From: a bacterium
GTDB taxonomy: Bacteria > Electryoneota > Electryoneia > Electryoneales > Electryoneaceae
Direction: 5' to 3'
Length of the DNA stretch: 21,106 nucleotides
NCBI GenBank assembly: GCA_043801585.1
Contig: JAZDLX010000016.1
Coordinates: forward strand, 1 to 21,106
The notes under the pieces were generated by a model. The model ran no database searches and was not told the DNA's origin. It saw only the letters and a program-made list of their open reading frames with translations. The position numbers and the translations under genes are program-made. This document shows positions 16,050 through 21,106 of this stretch, piece by piece (position 1 is the first letter of the stretch; the number at the start of each line of letters is the position of its first letter).

Positions 16050-16672
16050 GCTTTCTTGTCCTCACCGTTGACCCCGTTGAAGAGCCGTCTCTGCCCCAGT
16101 GGCTCACCGGAGTCGCTCGGCGGTTCCCAACAGCGGCGGCAGCGTGCTTCGTAGATTGCCTCCCCGCCAACGAGGACTCGTTCACTTCCTCCACTGATAC
16201 GTTGGGTGCGATGAGCGGGCGCTCCGCATTTGTGGCAGACGGCTGTCAATTTGGTCACGAACTCGGCTTCACACATCAGTTGTGGAATCGGTTCAAACGG
16301 AACGCCCCGATAATCCGTGTCGAGTCCCGCGATCACCACCCGCTTTCCGATGTTCGCCAGCCTCCGGACTACGGTCGGCAGATCGCCCTCGATGAACTGG
16401 GCTTCATCGATGCCGATCACCTGGGCGTTGCCCACCATCTCCTCGATGTCCCGGGCGTTCTTCACGGGGATCGAGGGAATCCGTTGATCGCTGTGGCTGA
16501 CGACATCCTCAGTGTCGTAACGGTTGTCGATGGCGGGTTTGAACACTACCGCGACCTGCCGTGCAATTCTGGCACGGCGCAAACGACGGATCAGTTCCTC
16601 GGTTTTTCCCGAAAACATGCATCCGCAGATGACCTCGACCCATCCATGGCCGCGTTCGACAACGTTCAACAT
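16046..16672 (-). CDS. tdk: Thymidine kinase (TK1-like)
   Basis: GCMFSGKTEEL P-loop, FKPAIDNRY, IDEAQF, AGLD.DYRG.PF, CxxC...YEARCRRC zinc lasso. Confidence 0.97.
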   Translation of the reverse strand: MLNVVERGHGWVEVICGCMFSGKTEELIRRLRRARIARQVAVVFKPAIDNRYDTEDVVSHSDQRIPSIPVKNARDIEEMVGNAQVIGIDEAQFIEGDLPTVVRRLANIGKRVVIAGLDTDYRGVPFEPIPQLMCEAEFVTKLTAVCHKCGAPAHRTQRISGGSERVLVGGEAIYEARCRRCWEPPSDSGEPLGQRRLFNGVNGEDKKA

Positions 16673-17358
16673 CAGGCTCGCCCCCTTGGGGGTTTGACAT
16701 TCCTTCCAGATACGGAGTGGCGGCTCCGTCTCGGAACTCCTGCTTCGATCAGCGCGAGGACATGGTTTGACAGAATTTCAATCCCCGCGTGATTTTCTCC
16801 ACCGCGCGGAATGATGATATCGGCATAACGTTTCGACGGTTCAACAAAGGTTTCATGCATCGGACGCACCGACTCCTCGTATTGCAGCAGCACGCTTTGC
16901 GCGCTCCGCCCGCGCTCAACCTCGTCACGGCGGATCCGGCGCGCGAGGCGAAGGTCCGCATCTTCATCGACGAACACACGAAAATCCATCAGGTCACGCA
17001 GACATTCGTCCGCAAGGACGAGAATCCCCTCGATCACGATCACCGGGAGGGGCTCACGCCGTATTGTCTCCTTTGTCCTGGAATGATCGACAAAGGAGTA
17101 CACAGGTTCACGAATAGGACGTCCACTCATCAACTGTTTGATATGCCTGTGCAGAAATTCCTGGTCGAAAGCCTCCGGGTGGTCGAAGTTGACACGTGCC
17201 CGCTCGGAGGCGTCCAGGTCGCGCAGGTCGCGATAATAGCTGTCCTGCTTGAGGATCAGCACCTTGTCGGCACCGACCTGTTCGGAGAGACGATTTGAGA
17301 CGAGAGTCTTTCCGCTGCACGTGCCACCAGCGATGCCCACAAGAGCTACGGGCTTCAT
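16672..17358 (-). CDS. udk: Uridine kinase
   Basis: GIAGGTCSGKT, QDSYY, NFDHPEAFD, IEGIL, RRIRRD..ERGR, FVEPSKRYADIIIP. The true start is ATG 17358 (MKPVALV, GGAGG SD, overlapping the cdd stop), not 17607. Confidence 0.96.
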   Translation of the reverse strand: MKPVALVGIAGGTCSGKTLVSNRLSEQVGADKVLILKQDSYYRDLRDLDASERARVNFDHPEAFDQEFLHRHIKQLMSGRPIREPVYSFVDHSRTKETIRREPLPVIVIEGILVLADECLRDLMDFRVFVDEDADLRLARRIRRDEVERGRSAQSVLLQYEESVRPMHETFVEPSKRYADIIIPRGGENHAGIEILSNHVLALIEAGVPRRSRHSVSGRNVKPPRGRA

Positions 17359-17819
17359 TCCTCCTCCTCGAGGTCGGAGTCGCCGAAGGCGTGAGGGATC
17401 AATTCCTGGAGAGCCTGGATACGGGTAGCCTTGGTTCGGGGGTTGTGCAAGATGACCTGCAGATCCGGCGCATAGTCGTGCAACACCTGCCGGCACGCCC
17501 CGCAGGGAGTTGCGATGTTCGGTCCACCGGCGACAATCGCAATTTTCCGGAACGAACGCACCCCCTCGCTGATCGCCTTGAACAGGGCGACCCGTTCCGC
17601 ACAGCAACTGAGGCCATAGCTGGAAGACTCAACGTTGCAGCCTGTCCAGATACGCCCCTGGGTATCCTCAAGTGCAGCCCCCACCCGAAAATGCGAATAG
17701 GTTGCCGCTGCGTTTCGGCGAGCTTCGATGGCAGCTTTTATCAGGGCTTCCTGATCCGGAGTCACCGTGTTCTGTTTGTCGGAAGGCATGGGGTTATGCG
17801 TCCTTGATCTCTCTGACAT
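17355..17819 (-). CDS. cdd: Cytidine deaminase (homotetrameric type)
   Basis: YSHFRVGAAL, GCNVE.SSYGL..CAERVA and PCGACRQ zinc motifs. The start could be 17819 or 17789. Confidence 0.96.
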   Translation of the reverse strand: MSERSRTHNPMPSDKQNTVTPDQEALIKAAIEARRNAAATYSHFRVGAALEDTQGRIWTGCNVESSSYGLSCCAERVALFKAISEGVRSFRKIAIVAGGPNIATPCGACRQVLHDYAPDLQVILHNPRTKATRIQALQELIPHAFGDSDLEEEE

Positions 17820-17909
17820 GCAAGGGATTTTGCGTGTTCACGGAAAAGTAACCGAGAGGGACCACAGGGGCAAGGCGTTTCGTGCCCAACGAGACCGTGG
17901 GGATTTGAC

Positions 17910-18005
17910 GAAAAATTCAGACAGTTTAAATATTCGATCTCGTGCATGCGTTCTTCGGGCGAATCATATTTATCAAAACGAATATTTAAACTGTCTGAAT
18001 TTTTC
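17910..18005. repeat. Perfect 27-bp inverted repeats around a 42-bp spacer in the divergent cdd/gatE intergenic region
   Basis: GAAAAATTCAGACAGTTTAAATATTCG (17910-17936) and CGAATATTTAAACTGTCTGAATTTTTC (17979-18005). Confidence 0.93.
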
Positions 18006-18022
18006 ACGCCTCCTGGCGTTGG

Positions 18023-18051
18023 TTGCGCCGGATGCGCCTCAAACGTAGTTT
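18023..18051 (+). promoter_or_regulatory. Possible sigma70 promoter for gatE
   Basis: TTGCGC, 17 nt, TAGTTT, 40 nt upstream of ATG 18092. Confidence 0.35.
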
Positions 18052-18091
18052 ACCCGCGTCCTAAACGATCGGTCAACACGGCGGAAGCGGC

Positions 18092-20050
18092 ATGACAACA
18101 CTCACCCCCGCCCTTTCAGCACGGAAACGCGCCATGCAGCAGAATGTCGGCAACGCCGAACTGTGGAAGAAACTGAACTTCCGTTGTGGATTGGAGATCC
18201 ACCACCAGATTCTGACCGAAAAGAAGCTCTTCTGCCACTGCCCCGCCGGAGTCTATACCGACGAGTGGCACGCGGAGGCGCTGCGTCACATGCGTCCTAC
18301 CCTGTCCGAACTCGGCGAATATGATGGCACGGCGTTGATGGAGTTCAAGACGAAAAAGGAGATCATCTACCGGCTGAACAGGAACACGGTCTGCACCTAT
18401 GAGATGGACGACAACCCGCCGTTTCTGATCAACGACCAGGCGGTGGACATCGCACTGACCATCGCCCTGGCTCTCAAGTGCAAGATCGTCGGCGAGTTAC
18501 ACATCATCCGCAAACAATATCTGGACGGCAGCATCCCCGCAGGATTCCAGCGCACCGCCATCGTAGGCGTGGACGGGCAGATCGAACTGAGTTCAGGCAA
18601 GGTTGTATCGATCATCCAGCTCGGACTGGAGGAAGATGCCTGCCGGGAAATCTCCGACCGCGGTCATCTGATCATCTTCAGCACCGACCGGCTGAGCATG
18701 CCGATCATCGAGGTAGTGACCGGCAACAACCTCGCAACCCCCGAGGAAGCCGCCGAGGCGGGAATGCGTATCGGCCGGTTGCTGCGGGCGACCCAGCTCG
18801 TGCGCAGGGGCATGGGGTCGGGACGGCAGGATGTGAATGTTTCGATTGAAAGCTCCACCCGTGTCGAGATCAAGGGTGTTCCCCGCATCCCCCGCATTCC
18901 CGAACTGACCGCTCTCGAAGCCATTCGCCAGCAGCGGCTGATCGCGCTCCGGGACCGTCTCCAGGAAAGGGGATTCAAGCCGGGCGAGGCTCCCGGCGAG
19001 GAGGTTCCGTTCAAAGCGCGTCCGGGAGACTTGAACCGTCCGGAACTGTCCGCGGCGTTGCGCGCCGGAGACAACGTTCGTGTGGTCAAGATCCCCAGAT
19101 CCCGCAAAATTCTGAACTGGGAACTCTCCGGTGGCCGGACCTTTACGGACGAACTGGCGGGCCGTGTGCAGGTGATCGCCTGCCTCGACCAGATGCCGAA
19201 CCTCTTTCACACCGATGGTCCCGCAGGTGGGCTTGACCCGGAGGATCGCGAACGGTTCGCCAAAGCCGCCAATCTTGGCCCGGAAGATGTAGCCGTGATC
19301 GTGTATGGTAAAGACGAGGACACCCGGACCGCCGCTCAGGAAATCCTGATCCGTTTCGCGGAAGCAACCGCCGGTGTTCCTGGAGAAACCCGCCAGGCGC
19401 TGCGCAACAACGCCACAGGCTTCGAGCGCATTCTCCCGGGTCCAGACAGGATGTACCCCGACACGGACAGCCCGCCTTACGAAATCGCCGACGAACGAGT
19501 CGAAGAAGCTCGCAAACGAGTGCCGGAGGTCCCCTGGGTGCGTGAGGAACGTTACCGAAAACTCGGTCTTCCCGAAGATGTGCTCTGGCGTCTCGCAATC
19601 AGCCCCTACGCCGCGCTGTTCGACCGCCTCGTGAAAAAGAAGGCGGTTCCCCCGATGCTGGCGGGTGAAGTGCTGACCCGTTTCCTCGTCTCCGCACGGC
19701 GCAAAGGTGCGGATGTCACCGTGCTGAATGAAGAACATTGGGAAACACTGTTGCGTGCGTTGGGTTCCGGTACGATTTTCCGTGAGGGCATCTACGCGAC
19801 ACTCTCGCTGTGGTGCAAAACGCCGGAAGCGAGTCTGCACGAGGTGATCGAGCGGTTAGGCATGGGCAAGGTGGTCAGCGACAACGATCTTGAGAAGACA
19901 GTTAAAAAAGCCGTTGCGGTTGCTCAGCAAAGCGTCATGAGTACGGACGGCGTATTGGTCGATGTGGCAATGGGCGAAGCGATGTCCGAACTTGCGGGAC
20001 GAATTCCCGGTCGAAAAGTACGCGAATCGATCCTGAAAGTTCTGGCGTAA
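18092..20050 (+). CDS. gatE: Glu-tRNA(Gln) amidotransferase subunit E (archaeal-type GatE)
   Basis: GLEIHHQ..KLFC.CP, RPTLSELGEYD, C..EMDD.PP, RK..LDGS...GFQRT, LEEDA, RG.G..RQDVNVSI, RVEIKGV, GVPGETR, LPG..RMYP.TD. At 652 aa it has the central insertion that distinguishes GatE from the roughly 480-aa GatB. Alternative start 18134. Confidence 0.9.
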   Translation: MTTLTPALSARKRAMQQNVGNAELWKKLNFRCGLEIHHQILTEKKLFCHCPAGVYTDEWHAEALRHMRPTLSELGEYDGTALMEFKTKKEIIYRLNRNTVCTYEMDDNPPFLINDQAVDIALTIALALKCKIVGELHIIRKQYLDGSIPAGFQRTAIVGVDGQIELSSGKVVSIIQLGLEEDACREISDRGHLIIFSTDRLSMPIIEVVTGNNLATPEEAAEAGMRIGRLLRATQLVRRGMGSGRQDVNVSIESSTRVEIKGVPRIPRIPELTALEAIRQQRLIALRDRLQERGFKPGEAPGEEVPFKARPGDLNRPELSAALRAGDNVRVVKIPRSRKILNWELSGGRTFTDELAGRVQVIACLDQMPNLFHTDGPAGGLDPEDRERFAKAANLGPEDVAVIVYGKDEDTRTAAQEILIRFAEATAGVPGETRQALRNNATGFERILPGPDRMYPDTDSPPYEIADERVEEARKRVPEVPWVREERYRKLGLPEDVLWRLAISPYAALFDRLVKKKAVPPMLAGEVLTRFLVSARRKGADVTVLNEEHWETLLRALGSGTIFREGIYATLSLWCKTPEASLHEVIERLGMGKVVSDNDLEKTVKKAVAVAQQSVMSTDGVLVDVAMGEAMSELAGRIPGRKVRESILKVLA

Positions 20051-20078
20051 AGCACAGCCGGAAATCGTCGGAGCCTGG

Positions 20079-21089
20079 ATGAACATTGAAAAAAGACTTC
20101 TCTTCAGCCTCTTTGCCCTGCTGATGATCTTTGTCATCGGAACCATCGGCTATTTCCTCCTCGAAACCAACTGGTCCGTTCTCGACTCCCTGTACATGAC
20201 AATGATCACCATCAGCACAGTGGGATTCCACGAAGTGCACATGTTGAATCCGAATGGACGTTTCCTGACGATGTTCCTGATCATCTCCGGGTTGACAGTC
20301 GGAGCCTATGGTATTACCAACCTCACCTCGTACATCGTCAGCGGACAGATTGTGCAAACCCTGAGGGGAAGGCGCATGGAAAAACGCATTCAGTCTCTTC
20401 GCAAACACATCATCGTCGCAGGATTTGGAAAACTGGGCCGTGAGATTGCGGAAGAGTTATCCGAGGCGGAAGCGGATTTCGTTGTCGTCGAACAGGACGA
20501 AGAACACTGTGAAGCCGCCGAGGAAAAAGAATTTATGGTCATCCGCGGGGATGCCAGCGAGGAGGAAACCCTCGAACGTGCCGGTATTAAAAACGCCTAC
20601 GCGCTTGTCGCCGCTCTGACCGGCGACGCTGGAAACGTGATGGTGACAATTACAGCGCGTGAAATGAACCCGGGCCTTTATATCGTCGCGCGCGGGATCG
20701 ACGATAACAGCCTGAAGAAACTGAAACGAGCGGGCGCCGACCGGGTGGAGATGCCGTTCAAGATCTCAGGAAAACGGTTGACGACACTCGTACTGAAACC
20801 GGGCTTTGTTGATTTCATCGACCTTTTCAGCCGCACATTCGCCCGTGACCTGCAGATGGAACAATCGATCGTGCCGCCGGGAAATCCCCTCGTCGGCAAA
20901 ACCCTCGCCGGTCTGGACCTTCGGAAGAAAACGGGTGGCTTGTTGGTGCTCGCCGTCGAACGGGAGGACGGGCAGATCATTCTCCATCCGACTGGGGACA
21001 TGGAATTGCGCGAAAACGACCGCATCCTGCTGATGGGCAACGAGGAACAGATCGAGCGCTATCGAAAGGAATACAGTCTCACGACATGA
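20079..21089 (+). CDS. Potassium channel protein with TrkA-N/TrkA-C (RCK) domains
   Basis: Two TM helices with TISTVGF pore signature, HIIVAGFGKLG Rossmann motif, GDAS..ETL..AGI, AGADRV, C-terminal RCK-C; GGAG SD. Confidence 0.93.
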   Translation: MNIEKRLLFSLFALLMIFVIGTIGYFLLETNWSVLDSLYMTMITISTVGFHEVHMLNPNGRFLTMFLIISGLTVGAYGITNLTSYIVSGQIVQTLRGRRMEKRIQSLRKHIIVAGFGKLGREIAEELSEAEADFVVVEQDEEHCEAAEEKEFMVIRGDASEEETLERAGIKNAYALVAALTGDAGNVMVTITAREMNPGLYIVARGIDDNSLKKLKRAGADRVEMPFKISGKRLTTLVLKPGFVDFIDLFSRTFARDLQMEQSIVPPGNPLVGKTLAGLDLRKKTGGLLVLAVEREDGQIILHPTGDMELRENDRILLMGNEEQIERYRKEYSLTT

Positions 21090-21106
21090 TGGGCGGCGAT
21101 TGGATG

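Noticed and set aside
17359..17607. 83-aa N-terminal extension of uridine kinase
   Set aside because: It overlaps cdd in another frame; an SD-supported ATG at 17358 gives a normal-length Udk.
18593..19840. 415-aa antisense ORF, and similar antisense ORFs inside the S46, POT and ribosomal genes
   Set aside because: Shadow ORFs expected opposite GC-rich coding sequence; no motifs.
18092..20050. Ordinary bacterial gatB
   Set aside because: Too long, lacks the GatB-type RKxYFYPDxPK and DYRYFPEPD motifs, and has the GatE equivalents.

Overview
A GC-rich bacterial chromosomal window, probably from a diderm organism (it encodes an outer-membrane beta-barrel and an S46 peptidase); the lineage cannot be fixed from the sequence. 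From left to right it holds: (1) a minus-strand operon tRNA-Ala(GGC)-Gly(GCC)-Cys(GCA)-Leu(TAA)-Val(GAC)-infC-rpmI-rplT with a near-consensus sigma70 promoter and a probable ATC start for infC; (2) a universal stress protein with an ion-transporter-superfamily antiporter, a FadL/PorV-like barrel, a catalytically degenerate thermonuclease-fold protein, a POT peptide transporter, an HD-GYP protein, mutY and an S46 dipeptidyl peptidase; (3) a roughly 1.5-kb repeat-rich island containing a REP-associated tyrosine transposase (RAYT) with 7 tandem and 3 inverted cognate REPs; (4) a pyrimidine nucleoside salvage operon (cdd-udk-tdk-small ORF-nupC); (5) an archaeal-type GatE amidotransferase subunit and an RCK-domain K+ channel. 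Three observations stand out. First, a synonymously diverged second copy of the S46 gene's last 20 codons plus its terminator sits between two identical 55-bp REP-containing direct repeats next to the RAYT. Second, a full-length GatE, classically archaeal, lies in a bacterial context. Third, a perfect 27-bp inverted repeat brackets a 42-bp spacer with a -10-like box between the divergent cdd and gatE genes.
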